From the NCBI GenBank assembly GCA_964557455.1, contig CAZLAL010000090.1, positions 1 through 47,604 on the forward strand: 47,604 nucleotides of DNA. The letters are read 5' to 3'. The position numbers and the translations under genes are program-made. The DNA comes from an uncultured Dehalococcoidales bacterium. Its GTDB lineage: Bacteria > Chloroflexota > Dehalococcoidia > GIF9 > AB-539-J10. Below the pieces are notes generated by a model that saw only the letters and a program-made list of their open reading frames with translations, did no database searches and was not told the DNA's origin. Positions 28,407 through 38,800 of this stretch are shown in pieces (the stretch's first letter is position 1; every line of letters starts with the position of its first letter).

Positions 28407-28432
28407 GCTAGCTAGCTAGCTAGCTAGCTAGC
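28407..28432. repeat. (GCTA)6.5 perfect tetranucleotide repeat, fully self-complementary
   Basis: GCTAGCTAGCTAGCTAGCTAGCTAGC, flanked by TAAGTAA on the left and by CATAGT on both sides (28395-28400 and 28436-28441). Confidence 0.95.
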
Positions 28433-28518
28433 ATGCATAGTCAGTATGCCTCTTCAACTCCAGAACCTTATTATATGCTGTCTCCGTCGGAATCAACCTT
28501 GTGTCATTCTTACCCGAT

Positions 28519-28890
28519 TTATCCAGAAGGTGTTGGATGCGAGTATCCTCTGTCGTAGATTCCCGAGTCTCTCCATCTTTCTCTCCACTCTTGCTGGGCC
28601 TCCGATCCGGTATACCGAGAGTACTGATTACTCTCGCCAGCCAAGAATAGCCCGTACTCGGTTCCATCGTCATACCCGTTGAGGTAGCCAGTCCACCAGC
28701 CATCATAATGTCCAACGTCGTAACCTGCGTCAACCCAGTAGCTACGTGCCTCTTCATACCCTTCTTGGTACCCTACCTCATACGCTTCATCTTTTAGTTG
28801 AGACACCCAGTGTATGTTGTACACGTGACCAGCTACACTAACCACCAACAAGAATGCAAGAATACCAACAAATACATACCACTTTTTCAT
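28519..28890 (-). CDS. membrane-anchored hypothetical protein, Tyr/Gly/Asp/Glu-rich ectodomain
   Basis: 123 aa, with AAGGAGG 8 nt upstream of the ATG. N-terminal anchor MKKWYVFVGILAFLLVVSVAG, then repeated GY/DG motifs (YEVGYQEGYEE, DAGYDVGHYDGWWTGYLNGYDDG). Confidence 0.6.
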   Translation of the reverse strand: MKKWYVFVGILAFLLVVSVAGHVYNIHWVSQLKDEAYEVGYQEGYEEARSYWVDAGYDVGHYDGWWTGYLNGYDDGTEYGLFLAGESNQYSRYTGSEAQQEWRERWRDSGIYDRGYSHPTPSG

Positions 28891-28983
28891 TGCTTACACC
28901 TCCTTATCTCTTGTAACCCGTTCTACTTTACTCATAGTCTATGGACTTATATTCTAATTATCACTTACGCTTATTGCAACTGC

Positions 28984-29223
28984 ATGTCTAAGCAAGTCGC
29001 TTCGGACCCATTTCTATCAGCGTTTGGAAGCCATCTGCGCTCTCTCAGGAAAAGGTCCGGCCTTTCTCAAGAGGAAACCGCGGATAAGGCAGGACTCCAT
29101 GTCACTTATGTCAGCGGAGTGGAGCGCGGTTTACGCAACCCATCTATACGTAGTGTTAAGCGATTGGCACAAGCACTGGGAGTGCCGGCGAGAGCGTTAT
29201 TCGACTTTGACGAGCCTTCTTAA
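28984..29223 (+). CDS. XRE-family helix-turn-helix transcriptional regulator
   Basis: 79 aa from ATG 28984. LRSLRKRSGLSQEETADKAGLHVTYVSGVERGLRNPSIRSVKRLAQALGV is a textbook Cro/C1 HTH. The N-terminal 62 codons in the ORF track are low-complexity read-through. Confidence 0.8.
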   Translation: MSKQVASDPFLSAFGSHLRSLRKRSGLSQEETADKAGLHVTYVSGVERGLRNPSIRSVKRLAQALGVPARALFDFDEPS

Positions 29224-29433
29224 CAGATTTTGGTGTGACATAATAGTCAGCCAGATTACGACTTCAAGATTTGCCCCCTTGCTCCCGTTTCAATTCCAGG
29301 TTCTAACTGTTAATTTCTGAGTTGTAGCTTCTAACTTACACTTGGAATCTGAAACTTGGAACTCGTAGCTCATATGGAGTTGCATAACAATCCGATGTAT
29401 TGTTGGTGGGGTCATGAGCTATAATTGTGATAG

Positions 29434-30120
29434 ATGGGGCGAAGGCGAATAATATATGCGTGTGACGTTGGAACCACCCAGTGTTCCGCAGAGACTAGCT
29501 TACCATCCTTTGCGTGGGCTAGAGTGAATCCCGAAGATGGCACCATTCAGGTGTCTTCCTACATTTGCAAGCTAGTTCAGCAATTGGAATCAGACATCCG
29601 GCAAGGATATAGTATTGCTCTTGGATTTGAAGCACCTTTGTTCATTCCAGTTCCTGAAGATTGGCGAGACTTAAGTAAGGGGCGCGAGGGAGACGGCAAC
29701 CGTCCTTGGTCGGCATCATCAGGAGCATACGTTACTACCCTAGGAATTCATCAGTCTGCATGGATTCTAAAAAGGCTTCATGAATCCTCATCCGGTAAAT
29801 GTGAATTCACGCTGGATTGGCGGCGCTGGTGGCCACCTTCTGGTCATCAACCGATTCTATTCTGCTGGGAGGCTTTCGTTTCTGGAGAAGCTCACAGTGG
29901 CGACCACACAAAAGACGCTGCAACAGCGGCTGCTTTCTTCTCTTGCTATGAACAGAAACTGCAAGAAGTAAGAGAAGTCAAAGCCAAATGTACCATTTCG
30001 CTGATAGGTGCGGTTGCGCTTTGGAGCGGTTGGGTGAGGGACCTAGAATTTATTCATGAACCAACTCTCGTTATCAAGCCCAAAGAACCGTTTAGGGGTG
30101 ACTGCCAAAATCTCGATTGA
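29434..30120 (+). CDS. hypothetical protein, possible RNase H-fold (DUF429/RuvC-like) nuclease
   Basis: 228 aa. An acidic triad-like pattern in RNase H order: IYACDVG (strand 1 Asp), IALGFEAPLFIP (Glu) and GDHTKDAATAAAFF (helix Asp). TATAAT at 29420-29425 lies only 8 nt before the ATG and there is no SD, so the transcript may be leaderless. The function is an inference. Confidence 0.5.
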   Translation: MGRRRIIYACDVGTTQCSAETSLPSFAWARVNPEDGTIQVSSYICKLVQQLESDIRQGYSIALGFEAPLFIPVPEDWRDLSKGREGDGNRPWSASSGAYVTTLGIHQSAWILKRLHESSSGKCEFTLDWRRWWPPSGHQPILFCWEAFVSGEAHSGDHTKDAATAAAFFSCYEQKLQEVREVKAKCTISLIGAVALWSGWVRDLEFIHEPTLVIKPKEPFRGDCQNLD

Positions 30121-30181
30121 CCATGACAGCATGTCCGCAACGTCTGAAAACCACACCTTTTAGCTTTTTGTTACCCGTAAT

Positions 30182-32059
30182 CTACTTTTTACACCAACGT
30201 AGCACGGACCTTTTGTCTTTTTCAGACTTCTCCATGACCTCTATTTGTGTATCGTCATCTCTATCCAGAAGCATGTATCCAGTGGCCGTATAAAACGTAT
30301 CCTTTGTTGGCCCCGTACTCCATTTAGTAGTGTCCACAATCTTGATACTATATGTTCCACTTAAATTCTTGATGGCGCCCTCTATTGAAACTAATCTGGT
30401 TTTTATTGCACTTACTTCAGTCTGCTTCTCCGCTCTGATAGTATTTTCATCTGGACTAAAGAATATTTCTAGGTCACCACACTGTGTTTCCCAGGTCCCC
30501 CCAAAATGGTTTGGCCGGATAGTCTTGTCGGTCAGGTAAGATTCTGCGTACCTCACTCTGAATCGTCGTTCATTTTCTGCGTCCATTAGTAATTCTCTTT
30601 CCTTGTCGTTCTCTTCTTTTGATATCGAATCTAACCGATTCTTAGCGTAGCCCACGTTGCCATGAACCTCGACATCAGCCTTGGACAAGTCATTTGCCCT
30701 TTTAATCATTTTGCTAGCATCTTCTACAAATCCTTGGTCGAGATATCTGTTGGCTAGATTAGCCATCGCTAGAGTTACTCTACGGTCTGCTGCTTTACAA
30801 TAGCTATTAATGCTCTTTCCCTTCAAGTCAACCTTCTCATATTGAGCGCCGAGATTATTTAGTCCCATAGGTTCTTCTACGGCATCTGTGAGCTTCTTAT
30901 AGTGCAAAAGGCTTATTCTATGCTGACCCGCTGCTGAATAACGGTAAGCCAGATTGAATCGCAGGTCGGTATATGTGGGGTCCATATCTAGGCATCCTTC
31001 CGCATATATGAAGAATCGTTCCATGTCCATGTTATCTTCCGCTATATCAGCCAGACCCTTCAAGATTTGTGCTCTCTGGCCACTGAACTCACCTTCGCGT
31101 AGTCGTTTGGATAGCAAGGAAATCGCCTCATCATACTCTCCCTGCAAAGCTATGCATTGACTTGCCTCAACATAGCAGTTAACTATGCTCACCTTAGCAC
31201 TTTCATTCGTAATGTCATATATATCCTTCACCTCTAGATATTTGTCTTTCGCCTTCCCGTATTCTCCCATGTGTTTCAGTCTGATGGCTAGCTGCTCCAC
31301 TACTTCGGCTTTGTCCTTGTTCTTTTCCGCAAGCTCCACGAGTTCCCCGAAGGCAGCTGAATCACCAAAGGAGTGAGCCATTCGCAAGGTAAAACCTTTC
31401 CATACCAACTTATCATCTTCAGAAGAGAGAGCTGGCACAAGGTCTGTTTCGTATGCTTTTCTGACCGTGGCAGGGTCCTTAGTATCAAGGGCCTTCCAGT
31501 ACTTGCCGAAAGCGTCCTCTTCTCCTATAGGAGTGGGAGTTTCCCTTTTCCCTTCTTGTTTTTCCTCTTTTCCCTCTGGAGATTCTGGTCTGTCATATAC
31601 GCCACCCGTCACTAAGGTCTTTGCCTTTCCCAACGTGGAGTCAATTACTTGATTCAGTTTAACAAAAGGTTGTTCTAAGTCATTCCTAGTGAAATATATG
31701 AGCTCTAAATCACCTTGCAGTTCAGGGAATTTATAGATGCCTTCCTCTACGATAAGAATGAGCGGTTTATCCCGGCCCAAAGCAAACCCAGATTCCTGAA
31801 TTACCCAGTTAGATGTAGTGTAGGCTTTTTCACGGCTGAAAATGCCTTTAGCAGTATCTATTTTCTTATCACAGGTAAATATACCAGCAAAAACATCACT
31901 TTCGCCTATCTTATCTTGGACTTTTCCCGCTATTGATTTATTCTGTACCCGTTCGCCTGTAATTACCTCTATATCGTCCCTAGATTTAAAAAATTCTAGA
32001 AACTTGCCAATAACAGTATCGTCCTTATCATCAAAACTGTGTCCTATAAATATTTTCAT
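30182..32059 (-). CDS. TIR-like (COG4271/Cap12-type) N-terminal domain fused to TPR repeats and an unknown beta-rich C-terminal domain
   Basis: 625 aa from ATG 32059, with GGAGGAATAAC upstream. The N-terminus (KIFIGHSFDD...SDVFAGIFTCD...SNWVIQESGFALGRDKPLILIVEEGIYKFPELQGDLELIYF) follows the FI.HG / vi.E.G.a.G / PSD.G..Y pattern of TIR-like nucleotide-binding domains. Residues ~230-480 show repeated TPR-like helical hairpins (GEYGKAKDKYLE, GEYDEAISLL). The last ~110 aa are unassigned. Confidence 0.7.
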   Translation of the reverse strand: MKIFIGHSFDDKDDTVIGKFLEFFKSRDDIEVITGERVQNKSIAGKVQDKIGESDVFAGIFTCDKKIDTAKGIFSREKAYTTSNWVIQESGFALGRDKPLILIVEEGIYKFPELQGDLELIYFTRNDLEQPFVKLNQVIDSTLGKAKTLVTGGVYDRPESPEGKEEKQEGKRETPTPIGEEDAFGKYWKALDTKDPATVRKAYETDLVPALSSEDDKLVWKGFTLRMAHSFGDSAAFGELVELAEKNKDKAEVVEQLAIRLKHMGEYGKAKDKYLEVKDIYDITNESAKVSIVNCYVEASQCIALQGEYDEAISLLSKRLREGEFSGQRAQILKGLADIAEDNMDMERFFIYAEGCLDMDPTYTDLRFNLAYRYSAAGQHRISLLHYKKLTDAVEEPMGLNNLGAQYEKVDLKGKSINSYCKAADRRVTLAMANLANRYLDQGFVEDASKMIKRANDLSKADVEVHGNVGYAKNRLDSISKEENDKERELLMDAENERRFRVRYAESYLTDKTIRPNHFGGTWETQCGDLEIFFSPDENTIRAEKQTEVSAIKTRLVSIEGAIKNLSGTYSIKIVDTTKWSTGPTKDTFYTATGYMLLDRDDDTQIEVMEKSEKDKRSVLRWCKK

Positions 32060-32157
32060 GTTATTCCTCCTGGTCGCGGTTAGATTTCTGAAGACCAACA
32101 GATGTTGCCATAGCGGCACAAGAATTCAATACCGATTCTCCTTATAAAGGTAATAGG

Positions 32158-32186
32158 ATTATAGATTGCTAGATTTAAAGGGTCAA
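32158..32186 (-). promoter_or_regulatory. near-consensus promoter TTGACC-17-TATAAT for the TIR-like-TPR gene
   Basis: On the minus strand, TTGACC is the complement of 32181-32186, followed by a 17-nt spacer and TATAAT (complement of 32158-32163). This implies a ~90-nt leader. Confidence 0.55.
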
Positions 32187-32575
32187 CATGAGGATTGTTA
32201 TGTGTGATTAGCAGCGATACTTGTCATCTGTCAAATAGGGGAACTATTCTGACCTCTACAATCTGGCGTTTTGTTACGCTTGTGATAAGAGTCAAATCCT
32301 GCGTCATAGGTTGCTCAACCGTCAGATGAAAGTTTAGGAGACCCTCAAACTTCACGAAGCGAGTAATTCACAACTCCTTCTGGAGAGGTTTGGCTGGTGC
32401 TATAATTACGTTGAGCACATCAGTGAAAACAGCTATTCTAGTTTGCTGTAGCTTTGGTTTGGCCTTATTAGCCTTGTTAGGTTCATCATATACCCGTGGC
32501 GGGCGCACGCCTGACGTAATCAAGTTGGAGATACTAAGTAAAGCCTGATAGCCCTTTAAGGAGCTGTGAGGACAT

Positions 32576-35500
32576 ATGACTTACAACCGTTTGATTTTGG
32601 ATGGTTACGGGAGTGAGGTACAGGAGCAGTTAGCTTCTCTAATTGCTGAAGCAAAAAACGACAACCTGCTTGCTCCGGTAACAGTCGTCGTACCCTCCAT
32701 GTACACTGGTCTGTCGGTGCGGCGCAGTCTGGGAAAACAGCGAGGCCTAGTAAACGTACGCTTCATGGTCCTACCCAGACTCACCGAGTACCTGGGAGCA
32801 CCAGCACTAACCAGACAGGGTAAATCACCTCTCACGCCAACAATGAAGCTGGTCGCAGTTAGGCACTTTGCCAGCGAGATGGCAAACAGGGAACCGCTTG
32901 GCGCAATATCCAAGCATCCCCCGCTTCATGGTTATCTGGTAAATAACTTCAATGAGCTTGCCATGCTGTCGGAAAAGCAGTTGTCGTGGCTGCAAGCAAA
33001 AACCCCGGTACTGAACCAGGTCGTTGAGTGGTATCACATGTACCGAGAGCTCACGCAGCCTTACTACGACCGTGAGGAGCTTGCCCACTCCGCTGCTATA
33101 TCAGTTGACAACGGCGATGCTGAAAGCGTGCTGAAAGACCTCGGCTTCATTATCTTTTACCTGGTTACAGGTTTTTCGCGGGGCGAACTGGCTTTCGTAT
33201 CCAGTCTTGGGGTGCGCAAATGCTGCGCCGTAATTCTTGGCCTTACCGGAGAAGAAGAAGTTGATGCCGAGAGTCACAGACTGGTTTCGCGATTGGAACC
33301 AGTACAGGGAAAGGCTGCAAGTACTATACCCGCTCCAAAGAGCTATGCAGCCGACCATATCACAATTGCTTCAGACTCTAACGAAGAGGTGCGCTGGGCA
33401 GTTCGACATATCGCACAATGTGCGGAGAACGGTGTCCGGTTTCACCGCATGGCCCTACTGTATCGTAACGCTAGTCCTTATGCAGAATTAATCAAGAGCT
33501 ATCTCTACCTGGCACAGATTCCTGTTGCCGGTCCCGACCCTGTACCTCTCCGGGATTCGGCAGCAGGGAAAATAGCTCTCTATCTCATCGATGTATTTGT
33601 GTCTGATTTTGCCCGGGAGAGTGTTATGCGGTGGATATCGGAAGCACCAGTTTATACAGGAGAAAATACAGAGTCCCCCTCAAGGGAAGCTGCGCTGTGG
33701 GAGGAGGTATCCGGCAGAGCGGGAATAATCAGGGGTGCTGGACAGTGGAGCAATCGTCTAGAGCGCTTCTGCACAGGCATAGAACAGAAGCTAAGAAGCG
33801 AAGAACCACGTGAAGAAGACGAGGAAACTGTGACCACCAGCCCCGATGAGGATTGTGCTAAGGCGGGGATGCGGCTCAAGTCGTTTGTCGAAAGGTTGTC
33901 AGAAAACCCTCCACCGACTGACGAAAGCTCATGGAAAGACTACTCGCAGTGGGCATCCCGGATGATGAAGCAATACTCTCACCTGGATACATGGCCCGAA
34001 GCGCAGATATTGAGTTACGAACGAGTGACTGCAGTGTTGCAGGAATTGGGTACACTGGATTCTATCGAGCCCGGCGGTACTAACCTGGGCGGTTTTCGCC
34101 AGATGCTTGATGATTGCCTGAAGATGAGCTCGGGACGATTAGGGACTGTTGGAGAAGGAGTCTTCGTAGGTCCACTGGCATCTGCACAGGGCATGGAGTT
34201 TGACATAGTTCACATTCTGGGTATGGTCGGCGGAGCATTTCCTCCCAAACTCCATGATGACGCCATTATTCCAGATCAGTTACGTGAAGAACTGGGCGAC
34301 AATAGCCCGCTGGCGCTACGTGACCAGAGGCGTATAGATGAGCGCCGACTCTTTCGAGCAGCCCTCGCTTCGGGACAGAAGAGGATCCTGTCATATCCCC
34401 ACTCCGACGGAGACGGTAAAAGGCAGTGTTACCCTTCACCCTGGCTCATGAGCGAGGCTGAAATCCTGCACAGTAAATACAAGCAAATAGAAGCATCGGA
34501 AAGTGAAGCTTACACACCCATTCGTTGTGTAGAGTTAGAAGGGATGGCTGCCGAGGAGTGGATATCAGTTATTCACTCCATTCATGGCAGCGTGCTGTCG
34601 CTGGGTGGGCTCGTGGCAGCGGATATTCATGATTATGATATACACAGTCTGGCCAAATGGCATGACTCGGGTTACCGTGTTGACAGGCACTTTCTCATGA
34701 GAGAGCGCAGCATTGCCCATCGGGCACTCATGACTGAAAGAGCGTCTAGGAGTACAGCCTTCACCGCCTGGGATGGAAACGTCACCTCTCTTGCGGGCAG
34801 AAGCCGAAGACTTGGCATGCCAGGTAAGACAGCACACTCACCGACGAGGCTTGAGCTCTGGGCGAAATGCCCCTTCCGTTATTACCTGAAGCATGTTCTT
34901 GAGGTGCCGGTGCTTGAACGCCCAGAGGAAATCCTCACCATATCTCCCCTGGATCGTGGGTCTCTGGTACACGGAATACTGGAGAGATTTGTGAAAACCT
35001 TGAAGGAAAGCGGGCAGATGCCTGGCTATGGAGAACCCTGGGATTCGAACCACCAAGCACTGCTCATGCAAATTGCAGAAGAGGAATTTGCCAAGACCGA
35101 ATCGCTTGGCTTGACGGGGAGGCCTCTTCTCTGGAATGTAGTTATGAGTGAGATACGAGATGACCTATCTCTATGTTTGAAGAAGGACAGCGAATTACGT
35201 GCCCAGACAATGACACGGCCTGTAGAAGTTGAATGGCGGTTTGGTTTTGGGGAAGCGGGTCAGTGTCCTCCCGTAACACTCGAAATCGGCAGAGGGCAGC
35301 AAATCATGTTCAGGGGGATTATCGATCGGCTGGACAGCGATGAATCAGGCACAAGGCTTTTTATAGTGGACTATAAAACCGGCAGCTCTTACGCTTATCG
35401 TGATATGAGAGATGACCCGCTGGGAGCGGGAACTCACCTTCAATTACCGGTGTATGCTCTCGCGGCTCGTAGTGCATTCGGGCAGGAAAGTAAGGTTCAG

Positions 35501-35800
35501 GCCGGTTACTGGTTTATCTCTGCCCGGGCTGGTTTTGATACCAAGGGGATGGTCTTTTCCGAAGAACTGGAGCGTGATTTCGTGAACATGGTGCGTCTGA
35601 TTGTGTCCGGCATAGAGGGTGGCCTTTTCCCTGCCAATCCCGGAAGCGGCGGCGCAGGATTCAATAATTGCGCCTACTGTGAGTACGCACGTATCTGCCC
35701 GGCTGATATAGATATGGTGTGGGAGAGGAAATCTCAGAACCCCGAACTTGCTTCGTACTTAAGTATGATTACGGGAACAAGAACAGAGGAGATCGAATGA
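32576..35800 (+). CDS. AddB/RexB-like helicase-nuclease subunit: degenerate helicase fold without Walker A, C-terminal PD-(D/E)xK nuclease with an Fe-S cysteine cluster
   Basis: 1074 aa. The N-terminus VTVVVPSMYTG has no GxGKT. GMEFDIVHILGMVGGAFP and RRLFRAALASGQKRILSYP are AddB-type motifs. Nuclease blocks LFIVDYKTGS and HLQLPVYALA. Cysteines: CPFRYY...CAYCEYARIC. Confidence 0.85.
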   Translation: MTYNRLILDGYGSEVQEQLASLIAEAKNDNLLAPVTVVVPSMYTGLSVRRSLGKQRGLVNVRFMVLPRLTEYLGAPALTRQGKSPLTPTMKLVAVRHFASEMANREPLGAISKHPPLHGYLVNNFNELAMLSEKQLSWLQAKTPVLNQVVEWYHMYRELTQPYYDREELAHSAAISVDNGDAESVLKDLGFIIFYLVTGFSRGELAFVSSLGVRKCCAVILGLTGEEEVDAESHRLVSRLEPVQGKAASTIPAPKSYAADHITIASDSNEEVRWAVRHIAQCAENGVRFHRMALLYRNASPYAELIKSYLYLAQIPVAGPDPVPLRDSAAGKIALYLIDVFVSDFARESVMRWISEAPVYTGENTESPSREAALWEEVSGRAGIIRGAGQWSNRLERFCTGIEQKLRSEEPREEDEETVTTSPDEDCAKAGMRLKSFVERLSENPPPTDESSWKDYSQWASRMMKQYSHLDTWPEAQILSYERVTAVLQELGTLDSIEPGGTNLGGFRQMLDDCLKMSSGRLGTVGEGVFVGPLASAQGMEFDIVHILGMVGGAFPPKLHDDAIIPDQLREELGDNSPLALRDQRRIDERRLFRAALASGQKRILSYPHSDGDGKRQCYPSPWLMSEAEILHSKYKQIEASESEAYTPIRCVELEGMAAEEWISVIHSIHGSVLSLGGLVAADIHDYDIHSLAKWHDSGYRVDRHFLMRERSIAHRALMTERASRSTAFTAWDGNVTSLAGRSRRLGMPGKTAHSPTRLELWAKCPFRYYLKHVLEVPVLERPEEILTISPLDRGSLVHGILERFVKTLKESGQMPGYGEPWDSNHQALLMQIAEEEFAKTESLGLTGRPLLWNVVMSEIRDDLSLCLKKDSELRAQTMTRPVEVEWRFGFGEAGQCPPVTLEIGRGQQIMFRGIIDRLDSDESGTRLFIVDYKTGSSYAYRDMRDDPLGAGTHLQLPVYALAARSAFGQESKVQAGYWFISARAGFDTKGMVFSEELERDFVNMVRLIVSGIEGGLFPANPGSGGAGFNNCAYCEYARICPADIDMVWERKSQNPELASYLSMITGTRTEEIE

Positions 35801-38800
35801 GCCAGGAATTTGTTCCCTCCGACCAGAAACACAGGATACGCGTAGAGAACGAGCTGGACACTACCTTCTTCGTGGAGGCAGGTGCCGGCACCGGGAAAAC
35901 ACGGGAACTTGTGCAGCGCATTACCAACCTGATAGTCTGCGGAGTAACACAAATAGACCATATCGCGGCCATCACCTTTACAGAGGCAGCTGCTGCTGAA
36001 CTGAAAGACAGAGTTCGTACGGACCTTGAAAGGTGTGCTACCGACCGGACGCTGGATGGTGAAAAGATAGCAAGGTGTCGTGCTGCTCTAACCCGTTTTG
36101 ATGATGCCAGCATTCAGACACTGCACAGTTTTGCAGCATCTCTTCTGCGGGAGAGACCGTTTGAGGCAGGGCTGCCGCCCAACTTCGAGGTTGTTGCACA
36201 AATGGAGGCTGGTATCGACTTCGAGCGAAACTGGCAGGAATGGGGGGACGGGGCAATGGAGAGAAAGGAAACGGCCTCCCATTTGCTCACTGCCATGACC
36301 TTGGGCCTCAGGATGAATGACCTCAAGACAGCCGCAAGGCTGCTTCATGAGAACTACGATATGATGCCTGATCGGTTTGAACCCGTTCCTCCACCATCGC
36401 CCAGGATAGCACAGGCTGTCGTATCAGAAGCCAAACATATCGAGCTGTTAATGGAGCTGGCCAATGAAGGCTTTAATGATACTCTTGCTGCCCATGCACA
36501 AAGGGTGGTCGACCTGGCACGCACTCTGAGTTCCATGAATTATAGTGGTAACGCCGCGCTTTCGCTCCTCGCGGGCTTTGGTAAGCTGTCCTGCAAGGCT
36601 GGTCGCAAACAAGACTGGGCGGATGTAAAAGCCGGTGTGAATGGATGCACCGTGCTCAAACAGCTGCTGGAGAAACTCGAGGCAATGAAATGCGAGGAGC
36701 TTGAAGCTGTTCGCCGTGCTGCCCTGATGCCGCTCCTTGAGGACCTGAGGAGCTCTCTGCTGAACTGGGTTGAACAACGTCGCAGCGACAGCAAGGTTGA
36801 TTTCCACGACCTGCTGGTGCGAACCAGGGATATGCTGCGTGATGTGCCGGACGTAAGGGAGCACTTCCAGAAACACTTCACCCACATATTGATTGACGAG
36901 TTCCAGGACACTGATCCCATCCAGGCGGAGATTGCCTTCTTTCTGGCTGCAGACCAGAAAGCGATGGGCCGTAGCGCTCTTACTGAGAAAGATTGGAGGA
37001 AGCTTGTAACCACCCCTGGCAAGCTGTTTATGGTGGGAGACCCCAAACAATCTATTTACCGTTTCCGGAGAGCAGATATCGCCACAGTGCAGGACGTAGG
37101 TGAGATTCCTGGAACGGACAACGTACCATTGGAACAGAATTTCCGCTCTCAGGAGCCGGTGATTGCCTGGGTTAATGCGGTATTTGGCAGGTGGATGGGC
37201 GACGGCAAGCCTCACGTTCAGGCAACTTATGCCAAACTGTCGGCGCGATGGAACGACAAAGGTGCTGTACCTCCGATGGGAGTGCACCGCTTTGGAGAGG
37301 CTGTGGATGAGGCGGCAGCGCAGCTCAGGAAATACGAGGCATCTTCCATTGCCAATGTTCTCTACGTTATCAAGAAGAGGCAGTGGCAGGTTAGAAATGC
37401 CGTCACAAATACTCTGCATCCGGCACGCTACTGTGACATCTGTGTACTCATGCCTACACGCACCGTATTACCCTACATAGAACGTGCTCTTGACGAAGCT
37501 AATATCCCCTATCGCATTGAAAGCGAGTCCCTTATTTTTGGGACACAGGATGTCCGTGAGCTTCTCAGCTGCCTGCGCGCCATTGATTCTCCTGCCGACA
37601 GGGTGGCACTGGTAGCCGCCCTTCGTTCAACCGCCTTTGGATGCAACGATGTCGAGTTAGTGGAATATCTGGATTCTGGAGGCCTTCTTGACTACACGAG
37701 CCCTGGCAAGGCTGATGGACCGGTGAGCGAGGCTATGCAGGTACTGGCACGATACAACGAGATGCGCACTTGGGTACCCATCGACCAGTTAATCGAGATG
37801 TTCATCCGAGAGAGGCGCCTCGCCGAGATAGCTTTCGGCAGGGCCAGGCCAAGAGAACGACTTCGCCGCCTTAAGATGGTGGCACAGCAAGCACGAGCGT
37901 TCTCCGAGATAGGAGAAAGATCGCTCCGAATCTTTGCCGACTGGATGGAGCAACAGATGGCCGAGGGCAGCCGCATGGTGGAAATCCCGGTACCGGAAGC
38001 TGATGAAGATGCAGTTCGTATTATGACAATTCATGCTGCCAAGGGATTGGAGTTCCCTATCGTTATACTGGCGGGAATTGGAGGCACTGGTGCAAGCCGC
38101 GGTAATCCCGTCATATTCGAACGAGATGGGGGTAGTGTTGAGGTAAGCTTGGGCATAGAGGGAAGGAAGTTTGTGACTTCAGGCTACGAAAGAGCACGTG
38201 AGCAGGAGAAGGAGATGGATGAGGCGGAGGCAGTCCGCCTGATGTATGTAGCTACCACCAGAGCCAGAGACCACCTGATGGTAAGTCTTTATCGAAAAGC
38301 CACTAAGTCGATGAGTAATGCTCTTGCGGCAGTCATCGAAAGGTTCGCCGGCGAAACTGGCTGTAAATGGGATGAAATTGACTGCTCACAGGTGGATACA
38401 GAGGAAATACGAGAGCGTGATACTGATGTTCCGAATGTGTTAGGTACTGAGGCTGATAGAGAGAAGTGGATAACTGACCGTGAGACGGTCTTAGAACAGG
38501 CCTCTAGGAAGCCAGCCATAGCGGTGACCGCGCTGGCTCACTTGGACAAGGAAGAACCTGAGCGGGGAGAAATTTACTATCGAAAGGGGCGAGGAGGTAC
38601 CAGTCTGGGTCGTGCTGTGCACAGTGTTCTGCAAAGTATTGACTTGGCTACTGGGAAAGATCTGGAAGAAATAGCCAGAGCCCAGGCTGCCGCCGAAGGA
38701 ATACATGACAAATGGAAGGAGGTGGCGGGATTGGTACGCCGCGGCTTGAATGCACAAGCAGTGAAGCGTGCAGTTGTTTCGAATAAGTATCATCGTGAAG

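Noticed and set aside
35042-35052. GGATTCGAACC (reverse complement of a tRNA T-loop) inside the AddB-like gene, considered as a tRNA fragment or att site
   Set aside because: It lies in an uninterrupted, motif-rich coding frame (PWDSNHQAL), with no adjoining acceptor or D-arm similarity. It is most likely coincidence.
36448-37419. 323-aa minus-strand ORF, and the many other 60-170-aa ORFs nested inside long genes (for example 646-1077, 4843-5220, 12043-13556, 21852-22139, 44040-44639)
   Set aside because: All lie antisense or out of frame within ORFs that carry strong family motifs. Their translations are Ser/Arg/Leu-rich with no motifs and no RBS. They are open by codon-bias shadow, not because they code.
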